NCBI GenBank assembly: GCA_003162395.1
Contig: PMON01000011.1
Span: forward strand, 3,392-67,391
Length of the DNA stretch: 64,000 nt
Direction: 5' to 3'
DNA from: Acidimicrobiaceae bacterium
GTDB taxonomy: Bacteria > Actinomycetota > Acidimicrobiia > Acidimicrobiales > RAAP-2
A program made the translations under genes and the position numbers. Shown in pieces: positions 7,891 to 17,659 of this stretch (the stretch's first letter is position 1; each line of letters opens with the position of its first letter). The notes under the pieces are model-generated. The model was not told where the DNA came from. It was given only the letters and a program-made list of their open reading frames with translations, and ran no database searches.

Positions 7891-8859
7891 TCAGTCAGTC
7901 GTGAGTGCCCGCTCTTCGTCGGCGGTCAGCCAGTGCTCGGGCCACGGGCGATCGCCCCACCACGTGACCACGTCCTCGACGCTCTCGGCCAGCGGCCGCA
8001 GCGAGAGGCCGTTCGCGAGGGCACGCGAAGGGTCCATCGAGAGCGCCGTCTCGGTCTGTGGTCCGCTCCACATCGGGAACTTTCCTGCGAGGTCGTCGCG
8101 CGCGACCTTGTCCGGTGCGATCTCGACGACCGCGGTCCCCGGGGGGCCAACGTGGCGGGCAACCTGCTCGACGACGTCCACGAAGCGCGCCGCGGGCCAC
8201 GGTCCTGCGGCGGTGAACGCACCGGACGTGCCGCTGTCGACGAGGGACACGGTGAACGCGCCGAGGTCGCGAGCGTCGATGTACTGCAGTGCGACGTCGC
8301 GGGGACCCGGCACGGCGATCCGGCCCCCTCGCCGGCACCGCTGCACCCAGTAGGGAAAGCGCAGCGTGGCGTCGTGGGACCCGATGACGAACGTCGGCCG
8401 CACGATCGTCGTCCCGCTGCCGAACCGCTCGACGGCCTCGCGCTCGCTTGCCGCCTTGAGCGGCCCGTAGGTCGTCGCGGTGACCGGCGCGTCGTCGTCG
8501 GCCGTGCCAGTCGGCCACAGCGACGCGGTCGCCTCGGTGGCCCCCACGTCCCGAGGATCCTCGTACGCAGAGACCGAGGAGATCTGGACGTGGTGCCCCC
8601 CTCGGTCGCCGAGGGCGCCGTGCAGCGCCGCCACGTCGCTCGGCCGGAAGGCGATCACGTCGATCGTCGCGTCGAAGCTCCTGCCAGCGAGCGCGGCGAG
8701 GTCGCCCTGTCGGTCACCGATGAGCCGTTCGACGTGCGCGGGGAGGTCCGAGGGCGTCTTGCCCCGATTGAGCACGGTGACCTCGTGGCCGCTGTCGACA
8801 CTTGCCATCGCTATTGCGCGGCCGACGAACGAGGTGCCGCCGATCAGCAGGAGTCGCAC
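7891..8859 (-). CDS. NAD-dependent epimerase/dehydratase family (extended SDR) protein
   Basis: N-terminal Rossmann motif 'MRLLLIGGTSFVGRAI'. Length of 322 aa is typical. Confidence 0.85.
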   Translation of the reverse strand: MRLLLIGGTSFVGRAIAMASVDSGHEVTVLNRGKTPSDLPAHVERLIGDRQGDLAALAGRSFDATIDVIAFRPSDVAALHGALGDRGGHHVQISSVSAYEDPRDVGATEATASLWPTGTADDDAPVTATTYGPLKAASEREAVERFGSGTTIVRPTFVIGSHDATLRFPYWVQRCRRGGRIAVPGPRDVALQYIDARDLGAFTVSLVDSGTSGAFTAAGPWPAARFVDVVEQVARHVGPPGTAVVEIAPDKVARDDLAGKFPMWSGPQTETALSMDPSRALANGLSLRPLAESVEDVVTWWGDRPWPEHWLTADEERALTTD

Positions 8860-8931
8860 TGGCCATCCTTTCGTCGAGCACCATGGACCGCGCCGACACT
8901 ACGTCGAGCCCGTGAGGTCGACGGGCGGAAC

Positions 8932-9489
8932 TCAGGGCGCCTCGGGCGGCGCCACGTCACCCGGCGATGTCGGCGGGGCCGGCACGGTCTCCGGCGGCGT
9001 GGCGTCGAGCATCATCCGGATCGTGGCCGCCGCCGCGGCCATCCCGCCCAGCGACGCCAGCCACAACTTCCAGCGAGGAAGCCGGAGGCCGAGCACGTGA
9101 TCCGCGGAGAGCCGACCGGGACCGCTGAGTGCGAGCACGAGGGCCGCGCTCAGGTTCGTGAGTGGGAGCTCGAAGCCGCCCTTCGACGTGAACGGACCCT
9201 TCGCGCGATGCGTGGTCGAGGCGACCGCCATCGTCTGGGCCAGCGCGATCGGGCCGAGCGGACTCCAGGCGCCGGCCGCGGTGAGCAAACCGCCGCCGAG
9301 CTCTGCGACGCTCGCCGCGGTGGCCATGACGATCCCAGGCTTGAGGCCGATGCGCTCGAATCCCTTCGAGGTCGCCTTCAGGCCCGGTCCTTCGAACGTC
9401 CCGAGGAGCTTCTGGGCTCCATGGGCGGCGAGGTAGCCACCAAGGATGAGGCGTCCAACGAGCAGTCCCAGATCGCGAATGACCTTCAT
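8932..9489 (-). CDS. DoxX family membrane protein
   Basis: 'LVGRLILGGYLAAHGAQKL' and multiple TM segments fit DoxX. The C-terminal tail is Pro-rich. Confidence 0.8.
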   Translation of the reverse strand: MKVIRDLGLLVGRLILGGYLAAHGAQKLLGTFEGPGLKATSKGFERIGLKPGIVMATAASVAELGGGLLTAAGAWSPLGPIALAQTMAVASTTHRAKGPFTSKGGFELPLTNLSAALVLALSGPGRLSADHVLGLRLPRWKLWLASLGGMAAAAATIRMMLDATPPETVPAPPTSPGDVAPPEAP

Positions 9490-9599
9490 GACACTGGACG
9501 CTAGTGACCCACGGTCGCGACAGTGCTCGTGACCATCGCGATGGCACGCGCGGGACGACCCGGGTACGGTCGGGTCCGACCAAACCAGGGAGGACCGGC

Positions 9600-9893
9600 A
9601 TGGCGGGATTCGTCCAGATCATGGAGATCAAGACGTCGCGGATCGACGACGTGGAGGCGTTCGCCACGCGAATGCAAGAGGAGCGCGGCGACGCGCTGCT
9701 CTCGAGCAAGGCGACGGTCACCGCGGATCGCGATCGCCCTGGGTACTACCTGATCATCATCGAGTTCGAGTCCTACGAGCGGGCCATGGAGAACTCGAGC
9801 GATCCCGAGACGGGCAAGTACGCCCAGCAGATGTCCGAGCTCCTCGAGGGGCCGCCGAAGTTCTACAACCTGGACGTCCGCCTCGAGATGTGA
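9600..9893 (+). CDS. hypothetical protein (97 aa; possibly a dimeric alpha/beta-barrel fold)
   Basis: ATG at 9600 follows GGGAGGA. The sequence is 'MAGFVQIMEIKTSRIDDVEAFATRMQEERG...YYLIIIEFESYERAMENS'. The upstream part of track ORF 9504.. is junk. Confidence 0.6.
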   Translation: MAGFVQIMEIKTSRIDDVEAFATRMQEERGDALLSSKATVTADRDRPGYYLIIIEFESYERAMENSSDPETGKYAQQMSELLEGPPKFYNLDVRLEM

Positions 9894-9979
9894 CCGTGCT
9901 CGACGGCGTGCGACGCGGCTGCGGGACTCGTGACACGGGTGCAGACGGGCTGAGCTCGACTGAGACAGCCGTGGGTCCA

Positions 9980-10387
9980 CTAGTCGACGGTGCTCGCCGG
10001 CAGTGACGCCGGCGGGGCTTCGCCGTGCGGCCACCCACCAGCATTGACAGTGGACTGGGCGTGCGCCGTGACCACCTGGCGGTCGTAGATGACGCAGAGC
10101 ATGTCGAGCATCAGTCCGACGGCCGCGACCATCAGGGTCGCGAAGAGGCCGACCAGCAGCACGATCCACGGCGTGAAGCTGTCCTGGATGCCATGTTCCA
10201 CGAGGACCCGATGGACGAAGAGTGGGACGACCACGGCTGCCGCGAGCATCGGGACCGACAGCACCCGACAGACGACGCCGAACGGCTCCGCGAATCTCCT
10301 GACGCCGACCGCGCTCACCACCCGAGTCTGCTCCCCCGGCACCGCGCACGACGGGATCGCGACGCCGACGTCGAGGTTGCGGGGCAC
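9980..10387 (-). CDS. hypothetical membrane protein
   Basis: High GC3. Two or three hydrophobic helices ('MLAAAVVVPLFVH', 'WIVLLVGLFATLMVAAVGLMLDML'). The start is uncertain. Confidence 0.45.
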   Translation of the reverse strand: MPRNLDVGVAIPSCAVPGEQTRVVSAVGVRRFAEPFGVVCRVLSVPMLAAAVVVPLFVHRVLVEHGIQDSFTPWIVLLVGLFATLMVAAVGLMLDMLCVIYDRQVVTAHAQSTVNAGGWPHGEAPPASLPASTVD

Positions 10388-10435
10388 GCCACGGTCTCAT
10401 GGGCCCCCGAGGTGATCGAGCGTTGCTCGAGAGTG

Positions 10436-10657
10436 TCAGCCCTTCTTCAGCTTGGGCTTGGACTTGGTGAGCCTCGCGACGGCACCGATCGCGGGCGCGA
10501 GGACCAGCCAGAGGCCGATGGTCGCGACCATCGAGGTCACGTAGCCGAACGCCAGGATGCCGACGTCCTTCGCGAGCACCCCGGCGAAGAGCATGAGGAC
10601 CCACGCACTCACGAAGAACATCGGGCCAGCTGCGACGAGCTTGAAGAAGTTCCTCAT
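10436..10657 (-). CDS. small membrane protein (73 aa)
   Basis: Two TM segments and a Lys-rich C-terminus 'TKSKPKLKKG'. Confidence 0.5.
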   Translation of the reverse strand: MRNFFKLVAAGPMFFVSAWVLMLFAGVLAKDVGILAFGYVTSMVATIGLWLVLAPAIGAVARLTKSKPKLKKG

Positions 10658-10739
10658 GGACTACCTCCGCTAGGGCGATCGCGACTCATCATGGCTGGTC
10701 CCACCATGGGCCACAACCACCGCGCGGTCCGACATCGGC

Positions 10740-11507
10740 CTACATCGTCGGGGTGATACCGCCGTCGACGACGAGCTCGGCACCCGTGACCGCCGATGCC
10801 CGTGGCGACGCCATGAAGCAGATGCAGCTCGCGATCTCCTCGGGTGTGAGGAAGCGTCCGAACGGCGTCGAGGCCGCGGTCGCCGCGGCGATCGCCTCGG
10901 CGTCACCATCGCCCCACGCCGCGATCTGGCTGGCGACCCCCTCGGCGCCGAGCCACATCGGCGTCGCGGTCAGCCCCGGCGAGATCGTCACGACCCTGAT
11001 GCCCTTGCCTGCGTACTCGACCGCCACCGCCTTGCCAAAGTTGAGCAGCGCTGCCTTCGACGCGCTGTAGGCGGCGGCCTGGGGGCTCGGCACGCGCGCG
11101 TTCACGGAGGTCACGTTGACGACGACGCCACCGCGCTCGAGCAGGTGTGGGATCGCGGCCTGCGTCGCGCGGACAGCGGCGAGGAGATTCAGGTTGAACG
11201 TGTCGACCCACCCGCCGTCGTCAGCGTCGAGCACACCGGTACCCAGCCGTCCCGTTGCCGCGTTGTTGACGAGGGCGTCCAGGCGGCCGTGCCGCTGCAC
11301 GGCATGCTCGATCAGCGCTTTCGGTGCCGCCGGCTGCGACAGGTCGACCTCGAAGTGCGAGATGCCGTCGACGACCTCGGCTGGCGCGCGCCGCGAGGCT
11401 CCCACGACCTGGACGCCCTCGGCGACGAGCGCGAGGGCCGTCGCCCTGCCGATGCCAGTGCTCGAGCCGGTGACGACGGCGACGTGCCCGTTGAAGGAGA
11501 GGTCCAT
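10740..11507 (-). CDS. SDR family oxidoreductase
   Basis: 'VAVVTGSSTGIGRA', 'NNAA' and 'YSASKAA' motifs. Start at 'MDLSFNGH'; the track ORF up to 12413 is an over-extension through the neighbouring gene. Confidence 0.9.
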   Translation of the reverse strand: MDLSFNGHVAVVTGSSTGIGRATALALVAEGVQVVGASRRAPAEVVDGISHFEVDLSQPAAPKALIEHAVQRHGRLDALVNNAATGRLGTGVLDADDGGWVDTFNLNLLAAVRATQAAIPHLLERGGVVVNVTSVNARVPSPQAAAYSASKAALLNFGKAVAVEYAGKGIRVVTISPGLTATPMWLGAEGVASQIAAWGDGDAEAIAAATAASTPFGRFLTPEEIASCICFMASPRASAVTGAELVVDGGITPTM

Positions 11508-11530
11508 GGTTGCACTGTAGGGAGGGGCGC

Positions 11531-12505
11531 TCAGCGAAGCGAGGCGAGGAAGCCAACGAGCGCGGCAGTGACCTCGTGAGGTCGCTCCTGCTGCACCCAG
11601 TGGCCGGCGCCCGGCACCTCGGTCGTGCCTCGGAAGTCCGGAAGCGCCGCCATTGCCAGGTCTGCGTTGCGGAACATGCCCTTCACCGGATCGAGCGAGC
11701 CGGTGAGGAAGCCTGTCGGCATCGACAACGTGGACGAGGGAATCCTCCGGGATCGCCGCCAGTTGGCGTCGAGGTTCCGGTAGTAGCTCAGCGGACCGAA
11801 GAAGCCGCTCTTGGAGAACGCGTCCGCGTAGACCTCGACGTCGTGCTCGGTGAGCCACGAGGGCAGCTGGGCGGGCGCCTCGAGGAGCGTGTCTTGCAGG
11901 CGGGTCCCGTCGCGGGGCGCAGGTCCCATCCCTGGACCCACCAGGCGACCCTCTCCCCCGGCCGAGTAGAAGAACCTGCGGAGGAACGCCGCGGGGTCGG
12001 ACTCCAGCTCGGCCTCGGCGGGGCCGACGGGCTGGAAGTACAGGATGTAGAAGAACGTGTCCGCGAAGATCGCGTCCAGGCGCTCGATCGGCGGCGACGC
12101 GGGCGGCTCCGCGAACGGGACGCTCATGTTGTAGATCGCCGCCACGCGGTGTGGATGGAGCTTCCCCATCTCCCAGACCGCGAGCGCACCCCAGTCGTGG
12201 CCGACGAAGACGCCCCGGTCGTAGCCGTAGTGGTCCAGCAGCCCGCAAAGGTCGCCGGTGACCCGGTCCGACCCGTACTCGGCGACGTCCCCCTTCGGAC
12301 AGCTGGACTCGCCGTAGCCACGCAGATCGGGCGCCAGCACGCGGTATCCGCCATCGCCAAGTGACGTGAGCTGGTGCCGCCACGAGTACCACGACTCGGG
12401 AAAGCCGTGGCACAAGAGCACGGGTTGCCCGTCGACGGGTCCGCAGCTGGCGACGTGCAGCTCGATCTCGCCGACCTCGACGATCTCGTGGGCGATCTCG
12501 GCCAT
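11531..12505 (-). CDS. alpha/beta hydrolase, epoxide-hydrolase-like
   Basis: 'LLCHGFPESWYSWRHQ' (HGxP oxyanion motif) and the nucleophile elbow 'GHDWGA'. Confidence 0.9.
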   Translation of the reverse strand: MAEIAHEIVEVGEIELHVASCGPVDGQPVLLCHGFPESWYSWRHQLTSLGDGGYRVLAPDLRGYGESSCPKGDVAEYGSDRVTGDLCGLLDHYGYDRGVFVGHDWGALAVWEMGKLHPHRVAAIYNMSVPFAEPPASPPIERLDAIFADTFFYILYFQPVGPAEAELESDPAAFLRRFFYSAGGEGRLVGPGMGPAPRDGTRLQDTLLEAPAQLPSWLTEHDVEVYADAFSKSGFFGPLSYYRNLDANWRRSRRIPSSTLSMPTGFLTGSLDPVKGMFRNADLAMAALPDFRGTTEVPGAGHWVQQERPHEVTAALVGFLASLR

Positions 12506-12655
12506 CCAGTGACTCCCGGTTCGTGACGTCGAGGTTCCCGACGAGGAGCGTGAAAACTAGGAGGCTCCCGACTCGGACGCAACCAGCCCGCCGCCTCGCG
12601 GGAAGAAGGGTCCGTGGCTTAGGTTGGCGCGGTCCGCGACGTAAGGACGGGGCCC

Positions 12656-13640
12656 ATGAGTGAGTTCAACCGCGACACGACCACCGACGAGGTGCTGGTC
12701 GACCTCGACCTCACGGGACGACGAATCGTGGTGACCGGTGCCGCAAGCGGGCTGGGGTTCGAGAGCAGCCGAGCGCTCGCCTCGCACGGAGCGAGCGTCA
12801 CGATGCTTGCTCGCAGCCGCGAGCGGGCCGACGATGCAGTGAGCCGCCTGCGCGACCTGCTCCCGACGGCCCGTCTCGAGGCGGGCGTCGTCGACCTTTC
12901 GGATCTCTCGAGCGTCGATAGGTTCGCCGAGCACTAATCTCACGACCCACCAGGCGATCGACGTGCTCATGAACAACGCGGGGGTGATGGCGTGTCCCCT
13001 CAGTCGGACCGTCGACGGCTTCGAGAAGCAGTTCGGGACCAACCACCTCGGCCACTTCGCGCTCACGGCGCGGCTCGCACCAGCGATCCTCGCCGGTGAG
13101 GCTCCGCGGGTCGTGACCCTGTCCTCTGCGGGGCACTCGAGGTCAGACGTCGATCTTGACGACGTCAACTTCGAGGCCACGCCCTATGACGCCTGGATCG
13201 CCTATGGCCGGTCGAAGACCGCGAACGCCTTGTTCGCGCGCGAGCTGGCGACGCGCGCGGGCGCAAGCGGGGTGCTGTCCTTCTCCGTGCACCCGGGCGG
13301 CATCGTCACCGAGCTCGGGCGTCACCTCGACGACCAGCTCCGCAACGACATGCTGTCGTTCGCACGGGAGCGGGCCGTCAGGTTCGGTGACGTCGGCGAC
13401 GACGGCGAGCCACGGCGCATGCAGTTCAAGTCCGTGCCGGCGGGCGCCGCGACCCAGGTGTGGGCGGCGACGTCGCCCTCCCTCGCGACACGCAACGGGG
13501 CGTACCTCGCGGACTGCGGTCTCGGCGTGCAAGGCGTCAATCCAACCGTCAATGGCTACATGGACTACCTCGTCGATGATGACCATGCCCGTCGGCTTTG
13601 GATCCTCTCGGAACGACTCACCGGCGTCAGCTTCTTCTAG
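12656..13640 (+). pseudogene. SDR (retinol-dehydrogenase-like) oxidoreductase interrupted by a +1 frameshift near 12935
   Basis: ORF 12656..12937 carries 'VVTGAASGLG' and ends '..VDRFAEH*'. ORF 12963..13640 continues in the next frame with '[25 protein letters not shown]'. Deleting T12935 joins them as '..[20 protein letters not shown]'. Confidence 0.75.
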
Positions 13641-13713
13641 CCATTCCGGTCGGCATCCGGCCGCGAGACGGGGGCCAGGCGCGAGGTGCACCACCCCATG
13701 GGACGATGGGGTC

Positions 13714-14220
13714 GTGGAGATCCGGCCGGTGCGACCCGACGACTTCGACGCGCTGGGCGAGCTGACCGTCGGCGCCTACGAGGCGCTCTTCGACGAGCCC
13801 CTCGGGGACTATGCACACGAGCTGCGCGACGTCGCCGGACGTGCGGCCGACAGCGTGGTGCTCGTCGCGATCGGCGACCGACGCGACGTGCTCGGCGGCG
13901 TCACCTACGTGCCGGGCTCTGCGCGAGCAATGAGCGAGTTCGATGACGTCGACGCGGCAGGTATCCGGATGCTGGCCGTCGATCCGCGCCACCAGGGTCA
14001 CGGGATCGGTCGCGCGCTCGTAGACGAGTGCGTCAGGCTCGCCCGGGAAGCAGGCCGCGCACGCATCGTGCTGCACTCGACGATCTACATGACCGCGGCC
14101 CAGGGCCTGTACCGGAGCCTCGGATTCGTGCGAACCCCGGGCCGTGACGTCTCGATCACCGACGAGCCGTACTCGGACGATGAGCCGTTCCTCCTCGTGG
14201 CGTTCGTCCTGGAGCTCTGA
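13714..14220 (+). CDS. GNAT family N-acetyltransferase
   Basis: GTG start gives 'MEIRPVRPDDFDALGELT'. The acetyl-CoA loop is 'VDPRHQGHGIGRALV'. Confidence 0.8.
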   Translation: MEIRPVRPDDFDALGELTVGAYEALFDEPLGDYAHELRDVAGRAADSVVLVAIGDRRDVLGGVTYVPGSARAMSEFDDVDAAGIRMLAVDPRHQGHGIGRALVDECVRLAREAGRARIVLHSTIYMTAAQGLYRSLGFVRTPGRDVSITDEPYSDDEPFLLVAFVLEL

Positions 14221-14344
14221 CGACGCTCCCTTGAGCGTCGTTCGAGACCACCGGTTGCGCAGGTGCCCGTCACGGTGCGCCGTCGTGCGCGCATCGAGGT
14301 CAGGGCGACCAGAACATGACGGGGACCACCTGTAGCGTCGTCGG

Positions 14345-15229
14345 ATGAGGAGCGTCGCTGGGCGTTCGGTGACCCCGGCATCTGCGCTGGCGGGCGCCGC
14401 GGGCGGGATCGTCGTCGCCTGCGTCGCCTTGGCATTGGCGTTGACCGCGTCGCTCGCCGCGGCCACCCCTGCTCGTGGACCGCGAGTTCGCGTCGCAGCA
14501 CAACCCCGGGTGCCCACGCTGCTCGCCTCGTCGTGCGGGCATCCGGCCGCAACGTCGGAGCCGTCCCGGCTCGCCCCGCCCCCGACGAACCTCCTTGACG
14601 GCTTCACGCTCAGCTACTGCACGGACTTCCCTGGTCGAAGCATCCCGGCTGGCTGGTTCAAGTTCAGCGGCGTGCCCGGCGGCGATCCATCCGGCCTCTT
14701 CGCTCCATCCCATGTCGCGGTCTCGGGAGGAGAGCTCTCGATCAAGGTGATGAAGACCTCCGGCAGCGGCTGGTCCTCCGGTGGCATCTGCCATTGCGGG
14801 CTGCCTCGACTGTACGGAGCCTTCTTCGTGCGGTCGCGCGTCACGGGGGCAGGCCCCGATGAGATCGACCTGCTCTGGCCGGTCGCGCACCTCTGGCCAC
14901 CCGAGGTCGACTTCAACGAGTCGAACGCCCACACCGCGACAACCACCTGGTCGGTGCACTTCGGGGGGAGCGACAGCGAGGTGCACGGCGGCGCACGGAT
15001 CGATCTGCTTCGGTGGCACACCTGGGGCGTTGTCTGGACGGCGCAGCGCATCCGCCTCCTGGTCGACGGCCGCCAGTGGGGAGCGGTCACGAAGAGCTCG
15101 GAGATCCCGCACCAGCCGATGACCCTCGACATCCAGAACCAGACCTTCTGCGGGCGCGGCACGGAGTGCCCTGCACATGCCGTCGCGATGCAGATCGACT
15201 GGGTCGCCGAGTACGCCCCGTCGTCCTGA
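14345..15229 (+). CDS. secreted GH16-like (concanavalin-A-like glucanase fold) protein
   Basis: Hydrophobic N-terminus. The motif 'LWPPEVDFNES' is of ExDxxE type. It is a paralogue of 16667..17605. Confidence 0.7.
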   Translation: MRSVAGRSVTPASALAGAAGGIVVACVALALALTASLAAATPARGPRVRVAAQPRVPTLLASSCGHPAATSEPSRLAPPPTNLLDGFTLSYCTDFPGRSIPAGWFKFSGVPGGDPSGLFAPSHVAVSGGELSIKVMKTSGSGWSSGGICHCGLPRLYGAFFVRSRVTGAGPDEIDLLWPVAHLWPPEVDFNESNAHTATTTWSVHFGGSDSEVHGGARIDLLRWHTWGVVWTAQRIRLLVDGRQWGAVTKSSEIPHQPMTLDIQNQTFCGRGTECPAHAVAMQIDWVAEYAPSS

Positions 15230-15296
15230 GCGTCGAGAGCCCAGCGTCAGGCGTGGCAGAGTGCGTCGAGCACTCCGGCAGATGAGAGGTGGCCCG

Positions 15297-16037
15297 ATGA
15301 GCCTTCCCCAAGTGGTGTCGCGGGGCGAGTGGCTGGCGGCCCGCAGCGCGCTGCTGGCGAAGGAAAAGGAGATGACCCGAGCTCGCGACGTGCTCAGCAC
15401 CCAGCGCCGAGAGCTCCCCATGGTCCGGATCGAAAAGCCCTACGAGCTCCAGGGTCCGAATGGCGCCGCGACCCTCGACGACCTCTTCGGGAGGCACCGA
15501 CAGCTCATCGTCCAGCACTTCATGTTCGATCCCGAGTGGGACGACGGCTGTCCCAGCTGCACCGCGGCTGCCGACGAGCTGTCGCAGGGCTTGCTCTCGC
15601 ACCTGGGGGCGCGAAGTACGAGCTTCGCGGCCGTGTCGCGGGCGCCGCTCGAGAAGATCGAGTCGTACAAGCAGCGCCGCGGGTGGACGTTTCCGTGGTA
15701 CTCGTCGTTCGGCAGCGACTTCAACTACGACTTCAACGTCACGATCGACTCGGCGGTCGCCCCGGTGATGTTCAACTTCCGGACCCTCGACGAGCTCGAG
15801 CCAGTGGGGCTCGGATGGCTTGGCGAGGGCTCGTCCGAGCAGCCCGGCTACAGCAGCTTCCTCCGCGATGGACAGGACGTCTTCCACACCTACTCGGTGT
15901 ACGCCCGTGGCTGCGAGATGCTGGGGGGCTCCTACTACTTCTTGGACATGACCGCACTTGGGCGCCAAGAAGAGTGGGAGGAGCCGAAGGGTCGGGCGGA
16001 CGACCCGAGGGAAGCGACCCCGGACTTCTCGGCGTGA
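15297..16037 (+). CDS. DUF899-family thioredoxin-like protein
   Basis: 'EWLAARSALLAKEKEMTRARDVLSTQRRELPMV', 'DGCPSCT' and 'FHTYSVYARG' are characteristic. ATG is preceded by GAGAGGTGG. Confidence 0.85.
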   Translation: MSLPQVVSRGEWLAARSALLAKEKEMTRARDVLSTQRRELPMVRIEKPYELQGPNGAATLDDLFGRHRQLIVQHFMFDPEWDDGCPSCTAAADELSQGLLSHLGARSTSFAAVSRAPLEKIESYKQRRGWTFPWYSSFGSDFNYDFNVTIDSAVAPVMFNFRTLDELEPVGLGWLGEGSSEQPGYSSFLRDGQDVFHTYSVYARGCEMLGGSYYFLDMTALGRQEEWEEPKGRADDPREATPDFSA

Positions 16038-16666
16038 CGAGGGCGCCGTGCGGCGGGGTCGACGCGAGCGTTGCCGACGTCTCGCCCTGGGGGAGCCAGA
16101 CGCTGCCTCGGTCGTCGAGGGGACGCCTTCTTGGCCCACGCGAGGTCCCGGACGTTCTTTCGGGGTCTCGCCTGCTGAAACCGCCTCCCCACTCCCCACT
16201 CCGCGGTGCTCGGCGCCTCGGTCACCTCGCCGCCGTCGACGTGCGCCAGCTGGTCGTGCAGCGAGTCGCAGTCTTCGAACGAGCCCCGTTCACGCACCGC
16301 GTGGGGCCCCGGAAACCATCGATGACCTGCCCGAACGAAGCCTCTCGTGACGAGCCGCGTACAGCGCGAAGCGCCCTGCCCGGGTGTGTCAAGTGTCCGG
16401 GCACCCGGGCCGCCGCGGGGCTTTCGCGGCGGGGGCCCGAGCTCGCCCGTGGACGACCGTGGTGCGTGGCCGCTGCCGTGTCGACGGGGCTCCGAGCCCC
16501 CCTCGGGCGGGAACCAACCTTCATGCCCGCCCTGCGCCGAGCGAGGATCCGCGCGACAATGTGCACGATGAGCGGGCGCCGTGGGGGGGACCTAGGGTGC
16601 GGAGCAACGCACACACGGACTTGCCAAAAAGGCTCTAGATTGCGCGCACGGTGAGGTGATGCGGGG

Positions 16667-17605
16667 ATGATGAGAGGTCACAGATTGCGGTCACGATTGC
16701 TGGCCGGTGGCGCGGGCATTGGCTTGATGCTCGCAATGATCGCGGGGACCGCGCCGCTCTCCTCGAGCGATTCGGGCGCAGCCACGAACCACGTCGTGGT
16801 CTTGCCGTGCGCTGGCTCGCCGCTGCTTGCATCCAAGGAGCCGTCAAAAGAGCTCCCTCTCGGACCTCACGCGCTGCGTGGCTACACGAGGGTCTATTGC
16901 CAGGACTTCCCGGGTACTGCACTGCCCAAGGGCTGGGACACGTTCGAGGGCCAACCCAAGGGAGACCCGTTCTCGATGTTCGAGCGCTGGCACGTCAGGA
17001 TCCGAGGTGGGATCCTCAGGATCAACACCTACCGTGACCCGCTGCTGAAGTACAAGTGGGTGACCGGTGGCGTCTGCCAGTGCGGGCTCGCGCGGTCCTA
17101 TGGGGCGTACTTCATCCGAGCCCGCATCACCGCTCCTGGTGCGAGCGCGATCGCACTGCTGTGGCCGAAGAACAACTCGTGGCCCCCCGAGATCGACTTC
17201 CTCGAGACCTGGCAGGTGCCCAACTCTTCGACGTCGACGCTCCACTTCCCGATCGCGGGCAATCCGGGCGACCACAAGATCCAGCGGCGCATCAAGGCGA
17301 ACCTCATCGGGTGGCGCACGTGGGGCGTGACCTGGACGCCGCGCACCATCAAGTTCACGGTCGGGACCTACACGTACTGGACGGTCACTGACCCCACGGA
17401 GATCCCGAAGCTCCTGATGACGCTCGACCTCCAGCAGCAGTCGTGGTGCGGCGTCTTCATCGGCGGCTGTCCCGTGCACGCCTCGTCCTTCCTCATCGAC
17501 TGGGTCGCGGAGTTCGTGCCGAACTGGGACCACCCACATCCCTACGCGACGGACCCAACTCCCTCCTCCGCGACACGCCCAACGATCCCCAGCCTCGTCG
17601 GCTAG
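16667..17605 (+). CDS. secreted GH16-like protein (paralogue of 14345..15229)
   Basis: Signal-like 'LLAGGAGIGLMLAMIAG'. Motif 'SWPPEIDFLET'. It is colinear with the paralogue ('YCxDFPG..GW', 'GG.C.CGL...YGA.F.R.R', 'IDWVAE'). Confidence 0.7.
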   Translation: MMRGHRLRSRLLAGGAGIGLMLAMIAGTAPLSSSDSGAATNHVVVLPCAGSPLLASKEPSKELPLGPHALRGYTRVYCQDFPGTALPKGWDTFEGQPKGDPFSMFERWHVRIRGGILRINTYRDPLLKYKWVTGGVCQCGLARSYGAYFIRARITAPGASAIALLWPKNNSWPPEIDFLETWQVPNSSTSTLHFPIAGNPGDHKIQRRIKANLIGWRTWGVTWTPRTIKFTVGTYTYWTVTDPTEIPKLLMTLDLQQQSWCGVFIGGCPVHASSFLIDWVAEFVPNWDHPHPYATDPTPSSATRPTIPSLVG

Positions 17606-17659
17606 CGAATTCGACACGACACTTGACGTCGTGTGACACGTGAGGAATATGGTCGGAGG

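Noticed and set aside
12930-12940. Programmed +1/-1 ribosomal frameshift in the split SDR gene
   Set aside because: There is no slippery heptamer and no downstream stimulatory structure, and this enzyme family is not known to use recoding. Pseudogenisation or a sequencing indel is more parsimonious.
16186-16203. C-rich 'CTCCCCA' repeats as a 6C-type sRNA
   Set aside because: The 6C RNA needs two hairpins that each present a C-rich loop. I could not fold such a pair here, and the context is not informative. I kept it only as part of the general long-intergenic observation.
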